Shown here: piece after piece, positions 27,982-44,843 of the stretch
How the letters are laid out: each line of letters begins with the position of its first letter
How positions within the stretch are numbered: position 1 is the first letter of the stretch
NCBI GenBank assembly: GCA_964016885.1
Contig: OZ024745.1
Coordinates: forward strand, 36,208,001-36,272,000
Source of the DNA: Eledone cirrhosa
Taxonomy: Eukaryota
Direction: 5' to 3'
Length of the DNA stretch: 64,000 nucleotides
Translations under genes and position numbers: made by a program
The notes under the pieces: generated by a model
Seen by the model: the letters and a program-made list of their open reading frames with translations, nothing else
Told to the model about the DNA's origin: nothing
Databases searched by the model: none

Positions 27982-30422
27982 TTTAATATTTTTTTGAGGC
28001 AACGCTTGTAATAACTCTAGTTAAACATGATATATGTTAATAATAAATTATCGTTGTAATGTAATTAGATTATATCATTGTTATTTTATAAATGATCTTA
28101 TAAATATTATTGTAAGATGTATAAAAATATTTTCAGAATATAAACAACTACAAAAAACAATCAATATTAAATAAATATATTTTACATAATAATTCTTATA
28201 GTTGAATTAATAAAAATTAAATATTACATACAAATAGTCTAACATAATAATAAAAAAAATAATCTAACATAAAACGAACAATAATATGGACAAATATACA
28301 AGTAAATATGATACAACCAATATTATAACCATGTTCTAACGAACTGAAAAAAATAGTTAATATAAATTTCAAAAATCATATATAAATTAACAATATAACT
28401 TACCAAAACGAGAAAAAATATTTTGATGATAAACAACGAAATAGAGGAGGAAGATTCGAAAGCGAAACGATAAATATACGTGCAAACAAAGTGGCGGATG
28501 CTTTTGAGCAAAAAGTACTCTCATTGGCTGATTAGCCAATACTACGATGATATTAGCCAATAAGTCGATACATTACAAAAGATGTTTGGCAGGGATCACC
28601 ACGGCCAACGAAACCCCTTGAATTTTTTATTCACAAGCTAGGCATATATGTCAGACACGCTGACTTAAAACATTCTGTTGTTAGTCACTGCGTGTCTAAC
28701 AGATATAGATTCTTGATTATTCCACACATTATTTGAAAATTTTTTTTTGCAAAATCTATTTGAAATATATGTTATTTAGTATGCTGTATGCGGTATGATC
28801 ATAGTAGTATGTACTAATAGTATTTTCATGAACTACAGAAGAAGTATATATATATTGCCTGATATCTCTGATACTAACGAAATTAATGTCTTCTACATAT
28901 ATATTTCGTCCGAAAAGGAAGTTCCTTCTCAAATTAATATAACTCTGTTATTTCAACAAAAATGAAGGTGATTCAATTATAGCGAACACTTTTAATGACT
29001 CACGTTAAATTATATATTTAATCATAATACAAACACAAATATGTGTAGACATATTTCAAAGTTAGTAATCATTAACGTGGAATGTTTAATGTGGAATTGC
29101 TTATGACGACGTTTGATATTGAAGATATGACGTTTGGTATTACATATACAGGTTTAGATGTTTGAAACAACTTGACTGTGACACATACCTCATCGAATTA
29201 TCTTTGTCATGATTATCTAAAGTTTCGCTGATCGTTTCCTGCTGGTGTTTATATTATATTTAAAGAGAATAGGAAGTTTTAAATTACGCATATTTTGTTT
29301 AATAGACCATAAATAGATACTACTAAATTGTCCTTTATGTCGGTCAATAAAACATATAAAATTTGGAAATCATCAAACACCTTGCCATAAGGAATTAACA
29401 ACTTATCCTCGTACAATAGGAACAAAGATATGTTACACTCAAGTTGACGGTACCAACGTACATTACAGAATGGTAAACTTTCAAACAGTTCTATACACCA
29501 TAACTGCATCTCAAGGCAACTAGTTCTGAATACCCCACATTTTACATGTAACCAAATTTACATCTATTTATTTCCCGCGCAAATAAGACCAATACGGGTA
29601 TAATGTATATGCTAAATACACATTCATATTGTTAAAACAATCGAGAATATAACGGACTCTCTACATTTGATAACCAGCATAAATATCGTTACGAAACGAT
29701 TACATTTAAACTAGAATCGTCTACGGCATATTAAAGTAAGGAGCAAGCTGTTGGCAAGATATATGTATGAATTTAATCGTCCCTTTTCCCCAGTACTGAA
29801 ACGTTAAACAGCTATGTTTACTATTCAAGTATAAAATAAAGTACGCTAAATTATCAAATACTTCACTTCCAGATTTTGTGGTAGACAGAAAAACTAATCG
29901 TAGTAAACAGAGTCGATTTAATCAATTATATGTCATTAACTACAAACACTGGTATTGTATTTCAATAAGAAATCAATATTATTGGTGGACATAAAGTAAG
30001 AGATTCTATCACCTGGGACCAATACACTAATGCAGTCCAGATTTGTAGTTGGAATCACCTCAATCATTGACGAAATATAACAATTCACATTTACCCAATC
30101 GTCTTTATTGTATAATCATAAAAGTACTTCTTCAGTAGTTGTATTTGATCCTATATTCATTGTTTTAATCAGTTTGTTTCGAGAGGCATCTACATTGCAT
30201 TACTGTTGATGGTGTATTTAACTGTTCTTTGCTCGAATATTACCTTACAAACATTATCCTGAGGCAAATCGCTTCTTACTAATGTGTTATATAAATATAC
30301 ACACACACACAAACACATATATATATATATATTACCCCTCCCCCCCCACACTCTCAAGGGTGAAACTAAAAACAATATCATTTGTAATGCCTCTCTGTTT
30401 TTTGTTCTCTGTGCATTTATTA

Positions 30423-30540
<118 letters not shown>

Positions 30541-30588
30541 TATTCAAAATGTTAATAAATGAAAAATATTCTCATAATCAAAATATAT

Positions 30589-30649
30589 ATTTTATTATAC
30601 ATATTTCAAAGGTACTATGGTGTTTAAGTACGTGTTCATCAGACAAAAT
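30589..30649 (-). ncRNA. Hammerhead ribozyme, same family as 12648-12700
   Basis: ATTTTGT-CTGATGA-acacGTAC...GTACcttt-GAAA-TATGTA-TA-ATAAAAT; identical core and stems I/III, diverged stem II. Confidence 0.78.
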
Positions 30650-30710
30650 ATAGGTTTTGATGTGTGACATACCGCTACGGTTTTGATTATTCAATTCCAG
30701 TATTTTATAC

Positions 30711-30744
<34 letters not shown>

Positions 30745-30898
30745 ATGTATGTGTATGTGTGTGTGTGTGTGTGTGTGTAAATGTCTGGGTTCGTTTTTCT
30801 TTTTTGTTCAGTTATAATATACGGCTCGGAAAAGCTTTATTCTTAGAGCTAATTTACTGTAATGAGACTATTTTGAGTTTCTAATTCAATACATGACT

Positions 30899-30960
<62 letters not shown>

Positions 30961-30962
<2 letters not shown>

Positions 30963-33900
30963 TCTATCAGGAACATCCGCTTACCAGCTTTTCATAAACC
31001 GCTAGCCGCATACACCGCTCGTGTATCAAACAGATCCTGCGACATCTCAACCGCCAATTACACGTGCATAAACGGACACTCTCAGGGTGGACACATCGAT
31101 TAACACTTCTTAAAATTACAAAAGCCATCGACCAGTTCAACCATTCCAGAGTCCAACACGAAACAAAACGGCTCAAGCGGAAATATAAGTGGATCTTGCT
31201 TAAACTCCACAACGAAAACACCGTCACTAAGAAACAGACAGACCAGTACCACGTGATAGACAACAACATAACAACCGCCGCCGCCACATCCACCAACACC
31301 GAGCCACGTCACAACGATGCAAAGCACCTGGTCACCGACTTAACCGGCACCCTCACCAACGACGAGCTGGAACTCCTACGCCTCGGACCCAAGTTCATCG
31401 TCTCACAGCGGCTCGACGACAGTCTTAAACTTGACATCGAAGCCAACTTCTGCCGAGCCGCCTACCAATTGAGATGGCTGACCGCCATCAACAGCGCCAC
31501 GGAAAATAACAGCACCCACACAACCCGCCCCAAGTTACTCACTTACCACCTCGGCAATCCACTCCTTCTCCCACCCACCAACCACGAACTCAACACCAAA
31601 CTCAGCAGGTTAAAACACTCCATTTCTGATATCCTACACAAACACACACACACACAACACATAACCTCACTAAATCTCAACTCACCACTCTCTCCAACCT
31701 TAAATCGAGGAACCTCATCTACCTCCCCTCCCACAAGGGAAAATAATTCTGTGTCATCAGCAGAGAGGCCTACAACACCCTGGCCCTCCAACACCTTGAC
31801 AATGACAACCTCTACTCCAAAGTCACAGGAATCACTCTCGCGCAGATCAAGGAGCACATCAACGCCGCCTGGACCAACATCTGTGACCGGCGGAAGCTCC
31901 CGAAGAAGCTCAGATACAAACTCATCACGACTACCCGCCTTCTACCACCTTGTGAAAACACCCAAACAGGGACCCGACCTGAAGATCAGACCTATTGTAT
32001 CGAGAGTGGAAGGACCGTTCTACAAAATTTAATGGCTCCTAGCCAAAATACTTAAACCCATACTAGACAACTTGCCGGGACACGTAAACAGCTCCGAGGA
32101 AGTGTTGGTGCCCCTGCATCAAATGGATCCCGACACCTGAAAGGCTAACAGGTATGCCTTCAGCTTTGGTGTCTTCGCTCTTTACACCTCGGTCCCGGCG
32201 CTCCCGGCCGTTGATATACTGATGGGACGCCTTCAATCTACCGACCTACACTGCTTTGGGCTCACCCACACTGACATCCACCAGCTCCTATCTGTCGTCG
32301 TTGAAAACACGTATTTCGGTTTTCTCGACCAAACATACCAGTAAACATCGGCGCTGCCCATGGGCTCAAGCCTGTCGCGTGTATTAGCGATCTCATACAT
32401 GAACAGCCTCGAGCGCAAGGCACTCAACACCTGCCAACCCTACACCGTCGCCTTTTTCTCAAGGTACGTGAACGACATCCTCATCCTCGCATCTTCCCAG
32501 GAGATGGCGAGCAGAATTGATGAGACGTTCAACAACACGGACGAGAATATTGATTCCAGTGTTGAACACCCCAACGATGACGGGTCCCTTGCCCTCCTCG
32601 ACTTCCGAATCAACATCACGGAGCAGGGAGGGATCCACACCAACTTCTACCGCAAGGCAGCCTGCAGGGACTTGTTCGTCCACTACAAGTCTGCCCTCCC
32701 TAACAGTTCTAAAAGAGGGTACATAACGAACGAGATCCGGCGAATTAAAAACAGATGTAGCGATCCCGTGGGTGTCACCCATACCAATCGGTTCCTCAGG
32801 GTGCTGGAGACGAACGGATACCCAGCCTCGCTTAAAAACAGAGTAAGAGACAGCAGACGCAAGCGACAGAGAAACACCGAAGGCAAGTGCTTCCTTAAAA
32901 TGCCGCACATGGGCAAGAAAACCACCAACGCTATCCGCAGGGCTATACGGAGAGAGAGCCTCGACATCCACCTGGCCCACTCGGGCCCCTCCCTACGGAG
33001 ATGCCTATTAAGTAAACCCGGAAAATCGACTGACGCATGTTTCCTCAGCAACTGTCCGATGCGCCAAACGAACTGTTGCTTACGCACATACGTTGTCTCC
33101 AGAGTAGAATGTGACAAGTGCAACCACTACTATATCACTAGCACAATCTGGCCGCTACATATCCGGATCAAGGAGCACACCAACACCAGGGCCTCGTCTT
33201 TCCGGAAACACATAACCAAATGCGGAAACAAAGACGGAAAGCCCATTGTCACAGTGCTAGCGACAGTACCCAACGTCGGCACGTTACGAATCAAGGAAGC
33301 ACTTTGGATCAAACGCCTAGGACCACAAATAAATAACCGATCCGAGAGAAGCGAGACGAGTTGGCTGGTGTAAACAAACGAGACAACAGCACACGCACAC
33401 ACACACAGTGGCATTCGAACGAGTGTTATTGTGTGTATAGCGCCCCCACCATCCACCGACCAACAAGCGACCAGACAGACTACTACACTGCCAGTAACAA
33501 AGACTGAATATAAGTAGTGCAATACATTCACAGCTAGCACCATCCCATTCCTACAATAAAGAGGAGCTGCCTCGACCTTTGCTTGACCGTAACTAATCCG
33601 CGCGCGCGTGTGCTCTACAGAATATCTCAGTTACACACAAACGGAGGACAACAGAGGCCACGTACCGTTCCACTTCGACAGATAACTTTCCCCCTCGGAA
33701 ACCCCCAGTTGATGGATGCGAAATCCGAAATATAAGGACAATTAAATCTCTCCCAAGGTAACACTATCTCGTGTTATTATTGCGGTCTTTCCTACGTTCC
33801 TCTACACACTATACATCGCATTCTACATTTCTTCTTACATCTCTCTCTTCACCACCGGATTCTGTTACCCGGAGATTTACACATCTGCATTGTTGAGGCT

Positions 33901-33969
33901 TCCAAAACCACTCCCCCAAAATGTTTTTTTTAAATTATTCCACAATGCTTCAAGCAAACTTCAATACTC

Positions 33970-33970
<1 letters not shown>
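30961..33970 (+). mobile_element. Near full-length decayed Penelope-like element (RT + GIY-YIG), flanked by (TA)n
   Basis: LGPKF, RLPAFYHLVKT...KIRPIVS, ALYTSVP, MGSSLS, RYVND (YVDD mutated), LALLDF, CxxxxCP...VVSRVECDKCNHYYI.ST..PLHIRIKEH; frameshifts and stops. Confidence 0.9.
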
Positions 33971-34023
<53 letters not shown>

Positions 34024-34160
34024 AAGTATGATCCCGACGGCAGAGCTCAAGCCCTTTCGACGGCTATTTCAGGACTAAGATTCATTTTAGCCATAGTTTT
34101 TCCTATTACCCACTCTACTACCCTAAGTATTGAGTACTCTGGTGCGTTATGGTCTACCTG

Positions 34161-34357
34161 TATAGTCCGACCATATGCCAGTGTGGTTCAATGGCAAGTT
34201 AATAAATTAACAAGCCAGAACATAAAATCAGGGAATCTAAATGTTTTATATATTCTTTACGATATTTTCTGTGTTTACACTCCCTAATGTTATATGTTCT
34301 GGCTTGTTAATTTATTAACTTGCCATTGAACTACATTAGCATACGGTCGGACTATAC
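34161..34357. repeat. Fold-back palindrome at the 5' side of an HHR-bearing solo pLTR (~34290-34790), with a further inverted piece at 34832-34898
   Basis: Arms 34161-34224 and 34294-34357. 34725-34790 is inverted at 34832-34898 across a TA spacer. Confidence 0.85.
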
Positions 34358-34618
34358 TTATGACCCTATGTGTATTAATTACATGTAGGGACACATACCT
34401 TTAATATTATTCTCCCCAACGGTAGAGAAACCTTTGGTCGCTTGAACGGTTGCTATTTTTAGCAGCACGGGATTAACCTGTCCACCTTGCTTGCTGTATT
34501 TGCACACGGTACTAGGCAAAATTGTTTCATCATTCATTTACTCTCATTCTGAGGCAGTTTTGTATGGCGCCCGTTTGTAATTTGAACTCAGGAATATTAT
34601 ATTCTCCGAGAGAGAAAA

Positions 34619-34699
34619 GCCTTCTGACGATGATCTCTTTGTCAATGAAAGTCCGCTTGGATTATCTATTTCTTTGGGATCTGAAACCGCGGTAAGGGC
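34619..34699 (+). ncRNA. Type I hammerhead ribozyme with long stem II
   Basis: GCCTT-CTGACGA-tGATCTC...GGGATCt-GAAA-CCGCGG-TA-AGGGC; palindromic stem III, GUA cleavage site. Confidence 0.88.
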
Positions 34700-34927
34700 C
34701 TATATAGTAAGTACAGTGAAAATCTTTGGAATCTATATTTTTTATATATATTTTAGGATATTTTCTGTGTTTACATTCCCTGATTTTATATATATATATA
34801 TTATATATATATATATTATATATGTATATATATAAAAAATCAGGGAGTGTAAACACAAAATATCCTACAAAAATATATTAAAAATATAGATTCCAAAAAA
34901 TGTCACAGTACTTACTATATATATACT

Positions 34928-35000
<73 letters not shown>

Positions 35001-35002
<2 letters not shown>

Positions 35003-35130
35003 GAAGTGGAAGACCAAGGTTAACGCATGTTGATGCCCTATGGACAGACACTGGTCTGTTGAAGACGCAGGACATGGCAGCGATAATGAGCGACAGAGAC
35101 CGCTGGAGAGAACTCGTCCATGGATCTCGG
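35001..35130 (+). mobile_element. RTE-type LINE extreme 3' coding fragment
   Basis: RSGRPRLTHVDAL...[13 protein letters not shown] matches the RGRP..W.D...A.DR..WR motif. Confidence 0.7.
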
Positions 35131-35149
35131 GAATTTTACCCGCCTTAGA

Positions 35150-35436
<287 letters not shown>

Positions 35437-35676
35437 TTACAATTCAAGAGTAACCAATCTTAAAGAGAGAGATGGAGATAGAAGAGACAGGAGAGGAGAG
35501 ATTGCTGAATTAGTTAGAAGCCAAAGCGTAAAGGCATGTGCTCAGTGTGCAATATGCAGTGGAAGGCAGCTAGGTGGCTGGGTTCATGCAGAGGTTAGGT
35601 GCACAGAGCTGGAAATATTCATTAGTTAAGCAAAACAAGACCACAAATTTCACAAGTAAGACATTATAACAGATTC

Positions 35677-36090
35677 TCAACATATTTTAGTTTGATGTAA
35701 GGAATGTAGAGAATAATAATTATATTATTAATAATAATAATGTCCGTTTACAATTGTTTCGCTACTCCATATAATATTTCTGGATCAAATGATTATATTT
35801 CATTATTGATCTGGTTCAGTTGAAAATAATTAACATAGGTAAAGATAGAGCCGCTCATTGGAACTTCAAAGGAATATAAATTAAAATAAAAAAGAATGTT
35901 ACATAAATGTAATGTTCCTTATATTGGTATTTCACTATGGTGTCCTGGGTATATCAATTGTCTGCCATAGTCGAGCAGTATTCTTCTGGCGAGGCTACAT
36001 TGTGTGAGATCTGCTTATGGGTAACATTATTATTATTAATATTATTATTATTATTCTCTACATTCCTTACATCAAACTAAAATATGTTGA
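35677..36090. repeat. Element with ~70-bp terminal inverted repeats
   Basis: TCAACATATTTTAGTTTGATGTAAGGAATGTAGAGAATAAT ... ATTATTCTCTACATTCCTTACATCAAACTAAAATATGTTGA. Confidence 0.8.
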
Positions 36091-36120
36091 CAATTTTTTA
36101 ATAATTTCTTCCTTAACTAA

Positions 36121-36189
<69 letters not shown>

Positions 36190-36202
36190 GTATATATATA
36201 TG

Positions 36203-36272
<70 letters not shown>

Positions 36273-36291
36273 TATATAGATATATAGATAT

Positions 36292-37289
36292 ATTGTTATA
36301 CTTTGGGAGGGTCATGTTGCCTATAAGAAACACACGCACCAGTTGCTTTCACTTCAATTTATTATATATTTATAAATTTATAAATTTACAAATCTACAAA
36401 CTTATAAATTTCTGGTTGGTTGGTTGGTTCCACAACCAGATAGTTGTTTATATATATAGTCATAGTCCTTTCGTCACACACTCTATGACCTCTTCAGTGA
36501 CTGGGGATTCCTTTCTTTGTTTCTGTGCCTTTCCTTTCTTCTGTCCTACGCCATTTTGTTTCTGTGTGTGTGTTGTGTGCTCAGTTTGCGCATGCGCCAC
36601 ATCCGGGTGTCTGTGTGTGTTTGTGTTCATTTATCTATTTGTTTATTTATTTACATGTTGTTGGTTGGTTGTTTGTTTTATGTGTGTGTGTGTTTTCATT
36701 TTGTCCTTAATTGTAAATTGTGATGTTGCTGTTCCACTCATATTTTCTATTTAATTTTGGTTGTAATTCTTTTATGCTTACTGCCTCTGTAATTTGCCTA
36801 AACATTGCATCTTTTCTGTGTGTGGATTCTATTTTTATTTCTATGTTCTCTAATTTACCCTTGTGTTCTATCTTAGCATGTTGGTAGAGTACAGATGATT
36901 CTTTATTATCTTGAACGAAATATATATATAATAATATATATATATTTCGTTTCTGAATTTGTTTAGCAAGATTCTTTATCTGAAATCGTGTGTTGAAACC
37001 AATATTGTTATACTTTGGGAGGGTCATGTTGCCAATAAGAAACACACGCACCAGTTGCTTTCACTTCAATTTATTATATATTTATAAATTAACAAATCTA
37101 CAAACTTATAAATTTCTGGTTGGTTGGTTGGTTCCACAATCAGATAGTTGTTTATATATAGTCATAGTCCTTTCGTCACACACTCTGTGACCTCTTCAGT
37201 GACTGGGGATTCCTTCTTTGTTTCTGTGCCTTTCCTTTCTTCTGTCCTACGCCATTTTGTTTCTCTGTGTGTGTTGTGTGCTCAGTTTG

Positions 37290-37290
<1 letters not shown>
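36292..37290 (-). mobile_element. Two tandem 3' fragments (36292-36914, 37004-37290) of the 7176-10612 PLE family
   Basis: Close to reverse complement of 10007-10612; includes the GIY-YIG C-terminus (QDNKESSVLYQHAKIEHKG...) and the HHR. Confidence 0.93.
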
Positions 37291-39472
<2,182 letters not shown>

Positions 39473-39811
39473 TTCTACCTCGAGTTGCAACCAATAGATC
39501 GTATGAGCAATTGGTAAGACCAACGAAATATTGTTTGACGAAAGTCGATATATATATATGCGTTAGCGTGTGTGTCTGTGCAGATGTGTGTAGGTGTGTG
39601 TGTGTGTGCGTGTCCTTGCCAGTGTGTTTCACAAGGGTAAAGGTTTGGCAGAACAAAGTAATGCAACCAAAATTTCGAGCTCTATGTAGATATATAATGA
39701 ACAAAGAAAAGCGAATCGATAAATTACGTGTACAATCCGAGAACTGTTAGAAATTAATCTTGGATGACGCAAATCCGTTATATGCATGCAGGTGTACAGA
39801 GCATTTAAATA

Positions 39812-39925
39812 ATAATTGTTTCTACTTTAGGCACAAGGCTAGCAATTAGCAAGTGCATTACTGGTACTTCATTTTATCGACCCCGTAAGGATGAAAGGCA
39901 AAGTTAATCTCGGCGAGATTTGAAC
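39812..39925 (-). mobile_element. Partial tRNA-derived SINE (family of 13057)
   Basis: Reverse complement of GTTCAAATC.CGCCGAG...GCCTTTCATCCTTACGGGGTCGATAAAAT...CTTGTGCCTAAAGTAGAAACAA. Confidence 0.85.
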
Positions 39926-40077
39926 GGCAAATAATAATGGATGGAAACTGAATTTGGTGAACTTAAGGCATATCATTTGTCTAACACGTGATGAAATGGA
40001 CGTGTATTACCTTCTGTTGAATTTTTTTTTTTGTATCCTTTATGAAGTGTGTGTAATTAATTTTATATATTGTGTGT

Positions 40078-42470
40078 AATATAATAATGGCAATAATAAA
40101 AGAGAAACGGGAAGGGGGCACATCTGCCCCCTTGCCCTAGGGTTTGGGCCTAGGGAAAGGGGAAGAAGTGCTGCGCCCTACGGATAAGAACGCAAAATTA
40201 TTCCCGCGGACGATAGCCAATGATACCCACTGCAACAGCAACCAAAGCTCGCAGGCTCCCTCTTCAGATGGGCCACCGACGTTACGATCTGGCGGAGGAG
40301 CTCAGTAACCGATGCGAAGAGGCAGCGTTCGGACAAACCCCGGTATTTGTTTATTTTACTGTCTTCTGCGAGGCGGCCCGTAATGCCGAGGTCTATGGCC
40401 GAAGCGTCTAAGCTGGAGGCGGAGAATGTGTCTCAGCGGGTGGCGTCCCAGATGAGGGATCTACCTCCTTCGAATGGGAAGAGGTGATTTCGTCGGGGCG
40501 CTTTCCACCTCCGCGTTCTAGGCTTGCTGGGTCCATTTGAGATGGAAAGCCAGATGCATCCAGACTCCTTCTCAACATGTAGTTGAGAGCGGCGTGGCCG
40601 GGGAACCAGCCTGCGCTCTGGAGGCAAGACAGGGAGTGAAAGCCGAACTTGCAAACAACCGCCCCGCAGCGGCATTTATATGGCTCAGGAACGCGGAGGC
40701 CAAGGCGTTGTGCTACGCCGATGCGAGTGCACTCATCAATAAGAAGAGCACCGAATTGAACCACGCGCTGCTTTTGGGCTGGAAAGTGGAGCGGAGTCAG
40801 GTGAGGTGATGTTGGTCCAAGCCAGACTTGATGCGCCTGACAGAAGACCTGCAACTTATGTTGTCCCAGTTACGTTGGACCGTAGTATACTGGGGATTGA
40901 GAGGCCTTTGCTTGTCCAGTAGGCTAGAGCCTGTTCCATTTCATGGGCCAGGTCAGATTCGTCCGTCTGGCTGAGAACCTCCTTGACAAGAGCACGGCAG
41001 GAGGAGATAGAGGAGATGTAGGCAGGTAAAGCTAGATCCGAAGCTCATCTAAAGCCGAGGCTACCGAACCTCACTGGGAGTGTCATCTGTCGACAGTCTG
41101 CGCTGTCCAAACTGACTTTGCAGATGAGTTCCACACAGCGTCAAATGGTGGCGTCAAGTTCCCCGAGAAGATCTGCGTGGGGGTGGCAAGGAACACTGTG
41201 CAGCCTGAATGTCAATTATGGGATGGTAAAACAATTCCTCTAGAGGTAGAGCGCAGGGTGAGCGTCTATTGCTGTTGAAGGCGTTAATCATGTCCAGCTT
41301 TACGAGAATTTTGGTTGAACTGCGGCCTCACAACCGAAATTTATTCCCACTCCGAGCTGGACAGGGATTAGCACTTCGCCCAGGTCCTCTTTGACTGACT
41401 TGCAAGCTAACTTGGCTGCAAGTCGTCGGGAGACGTTGCCTCCGCAATGGAACGGACGCCTCCGTTATTGTTCCTCAGTGTTGTCAAGCTGCCTGATAAG
41501 AATGGATCGAGGGCATGGCTAGGAGGAGACAGTTTGTGAAGGTGGTTAATGACTGGAGCAGTCGGGCAGCTGCTTCCGTCGCGTGAGACGATATGAGTTC
41601 TTGGAGGTGACCGTGGTGCAAGCCGTCTACTCAGCGACTGCTGCTACCAGGAAAAGATCAAAGAGCGGCTACCACGTGCTCGTTGGACAGTTCCGCGGAT
41701 AGATTGCTGCCCGGGGCTGGAGCGTCTCTGATGTCGGCAGGAGGGTCCAGATGTTTGAGACGAAGCACTGACAAAATATCCGTTGTTGGTCGGAGCACAG
41801 CGTCGCTAGAGACTAGCACATGAACAGCCGCCTTCATGTCGCCCTCAATTAGTCTGCAGTTGACTCTGTCCCGGAGACGTTTTATGCTGCCGTGGGGAAT
41901 TGGAGGCGTTGTGTTGGCACGTGAGTGCCGGGATTTCGTGGGTGAAATGTCGCAGAAAGAGGCGACATTGCCCTTGAACCTTAAAGCAAGGGAGTGGTCA
42001 GATCTGTCTTTGCCCTCGGGTTCCCGGCCAACGGGATCTCAAGAAAGGAAGTAGCAAAAGTGAACAGTATTGTCCAGTTCCGTGGATCGCCCTTGTCAAG
42101 CGCTTGGTCGATTGAAGTGGCTAGCGCTTCAGCCCCGGGAATGCGGCAGAGCTGGGGATCCTGGTGATAACTCTCCGCGATGGCATGAGGCAGGAGATAG
42201 CCAACAGGCACTCGTCCAATTCAAGCGGGTTCAGGTCCCCATTGGCTCAGGCGCCTGTGAACATCTGTGGTGTCGAGGTGGATAGGTATGATGGGCAGTG
42301 CGACCGGTGCAATGAGTCCGACGCGCATCTTGTGAGTTTGACGCCTGCGAGGTGGAAGAAGCCGTTGCATTTGAAGCAGTTCATTACTCTCTTGCACCTG
42401 TTGCGCGTGGGGCACACGTGGAACCGGTCAACCTCCAGTGGGGTGGCAGGTTGAGGCGAGGCGGTCCAAT
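40078..42470 (-). mobile_element. Decayed CRE-like RLE non-LTR retrotransposon with N-terminal PHD-like finger and internal RT deletion
   Basis: CFKCNGFFHL...HCPS; GGVRSIA...RRLAAKL...PVQLGVG..FGCEAAV; KLDMINAFNS; RIGVAQRLG...CRCG...FHSLSC...HAALN...GKRPD; LIWDAT. (TTA)-like 3' tail. Confidence 0.82.
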
Positions 42471-43257
42471 TTCAAAAGTATAAAAAATGTCTAAAACCCT
42501 AAATTACAATCAGGATTCACACAAAAGGTATTGGAACGAACACCTAAATACAATAGAATAATATTTTTAAAAAAACCCACATTCTCTATGCTAATACAAA
42601 GGTGAAATATCTCATCATCACCCACTCTACGTCGCGTATTCAATTTTCATTCTTCCTTCTCTTATTCATATTACTGTGAGCATCTGTAAATACCGATCTT
42701 TTATTTCAGACATTATATATAGTTATATGAACAGTTAATGCCAATGCTTCTGGAACTCATTTGTTGTTATCAGTGTTGAACAATATGTCACAAATAATTA
42801 TTTTTCTGTTCTTGTCAAAATGGAAACAATCCTTAGTCTAAGGAAATTGACGCAGATGCTAAGATAACTAAATTATTAAGAATGTATATTTTGTGTGACT
42901 TCTAAGTTGTCTTAGCTTTTCCTGTTTCCACACTTGCATATTAACCCTTTCATTATAATATTTCTAATATAATTCTATTCACATAGCTTTAACATAGTTT
43001 TGAAAATGATTGACTATGTCGAGGAATGTAGTTCAATAACTAAATTTCTCATTGTTAATCTTATTTTTTGGGAAAATAACTTAACACATGTTCTTACCTA
43101 AAATTATAATGGGATATTTTAAAATCAATATAAACATTTTAATATAAACCAGGACCAGTTTTATATGGTTCGGGCATCAAAAGATACAAGAATAGGACAA
43201 TTGACAATACTCAGCATCGTATAATATATATATAGCACTTCTCAAGAAAGATTAATA

Positions 43258-43313
43258 AAAGGTTTGCCACAGTGTAGAGTCTACACTGTGGCAAACCTTT
43301 GTAGACTCTACAC
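43258..43313. repeat. Perfect 21-bp-arm hairpin plus a partial extra copy
   Basis: AAAGGTTTGCCACAGTGTAGA-G-TCTACACTGTGGCAAACCTTT followed by GTAGACTCTACAC. Confidence 0.9.
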
Positions 43314-43471
43314 CGTAGAATGTATTCAAATAGTCAGAAATACACTAATTATTACTTATGTACATATTGTAATACGGAATTCTCTAACTAAAATCACTGG
43401 ATAACTTAAATTGAATTTATTTTAAATTTCACTGAAATTGAGAATTTGCTAACAATCTGGTTTCATTACTC

Positions 43472-43695
43472 GCTGAGTTGGCAGTATCGGTAGAGAGTCG
43501 GATAACATGCTGTGTGCCATATAGTTAGGGGCCTTTACGCTCTGATTTCAAATTCCACCGAGGTTAGCTTAGCCTTTCATCCTTACGCAGTTGATAATCT
43601 AAAGTACCGCAATAAACTGGGGTGGATTCAATCGCCCCCCCCCCCCCCAAAAAAAAAATTATTTGACATGGGCCTAAATCATCAGAAACCATTGT
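43472..43695 (+). mobile_element. Diverged tRNA-derived SINE
   Basis: TTGGCAGTATCGGTAGAG ... TTCAAATTCCACCGAGG ... GCCTTTCATCCTTACG. Confidence 0.75.
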
Positions 43696-44785
43696 TAAAA
43701 CATTATATTGGGAGCTATGATCGTTCTTACCCTTCTAAAGTTAAGCATAGAATTGAAAAGAGCTATTGGAAAAACATTCCACGGGGATCGTAGAAAGCTA
43801 CATAGAATGGTCGCGCATTCGAAAACATCCTTCTTGCTACACATGAATATTTTGTTCTGTTATTTCTTAATAATTTTCAATTTTGTTAAAATATAAAATT
43901 ATTTTCTTTCAATATTCATAGACTTATACTTTGTATAGATTATTTTTCAATTCCATTTGAAATATATCCATCGCTATAAGGCAGTCATAGACAATCGGTA
44001 CTTCACAAAATACGTTTATATTTAAAAACGCTAAATGTATCCAATGAAGTAGGTTTTCAATGAAGGAATGTGTTCGATAATAAAGGTATTTCATAATTAA
44101 TTTCATATCCTAATATCCAATATCACCAACAAGATTGAAGTATTGAGGATATTTTATAGTCGATGATAAAGTATTGGATATTTGCAGTGACTTTCCATAA
44201 CAGCTAGAGCGTTTGAGATAATCCCTGGGCATTAATTTCGGCTCTGAGCTTCCTGAATTCAAATCCCACCTTTTGACACAAGCAAATCAGTGAGAATAGA
44301 GATCTGGAGATATGGCCGGTAGAGAGAAGCAGCAATGGATTTTTTTCGGGGTGGGTGGGGGTTGATGGGGGACATATTAGTATATTTCCCCAGAACAAGC
44401 AGTTAAAATGTTGGTTGCTCAGTACGGAGCACCGGTATGTGTAGATCCTCAAGATCATAGATTGTGAATTTGTGAGTTCGCGAGTATTATTCCAATAATG
44501 TCTAGAAATCCTTCAGTTGAAACTTTTATCAAACGTAACTAACGTTATTAATTGGATTAGAATATACGTAATTATTGCTAAGTTTACAGATCAATGTATG
44601 AAACAAATTCTAAGGGATGGCAATACACGAAACTAAGATGCAGCCATTCGATATGTATGTGTGCATGTGTATGAGTGTGCATAGACATATTTGTATATAG
44701 ACATATGAATATACACACATATGATAGCAGTACCTCACACGAGGGCAGGCCATGGGCTATACAGGGTTAAATAGTAAAACAGCAC

Positions 44786-44843
44786 ACTATATTAGTAATA
44801 TCATGAATACCATATTAGTAATATCATGAATACTATATTAGTT
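44786..44843. repeat. 23-bp tandem repeat x2.5
   Basis: AC(T/C)ATATTAGTAATATCATGAAT repeated. Confidence 0.85.

Noticed and set aside
33700-33745. HHR remnant in the 3' region of the 30961 PLE (GGAT-gcgaa-ATCC-GAAA-TATA)
   Set aside because: Position and stem II are plausible, but the core and cleavage site are too degraded to call.
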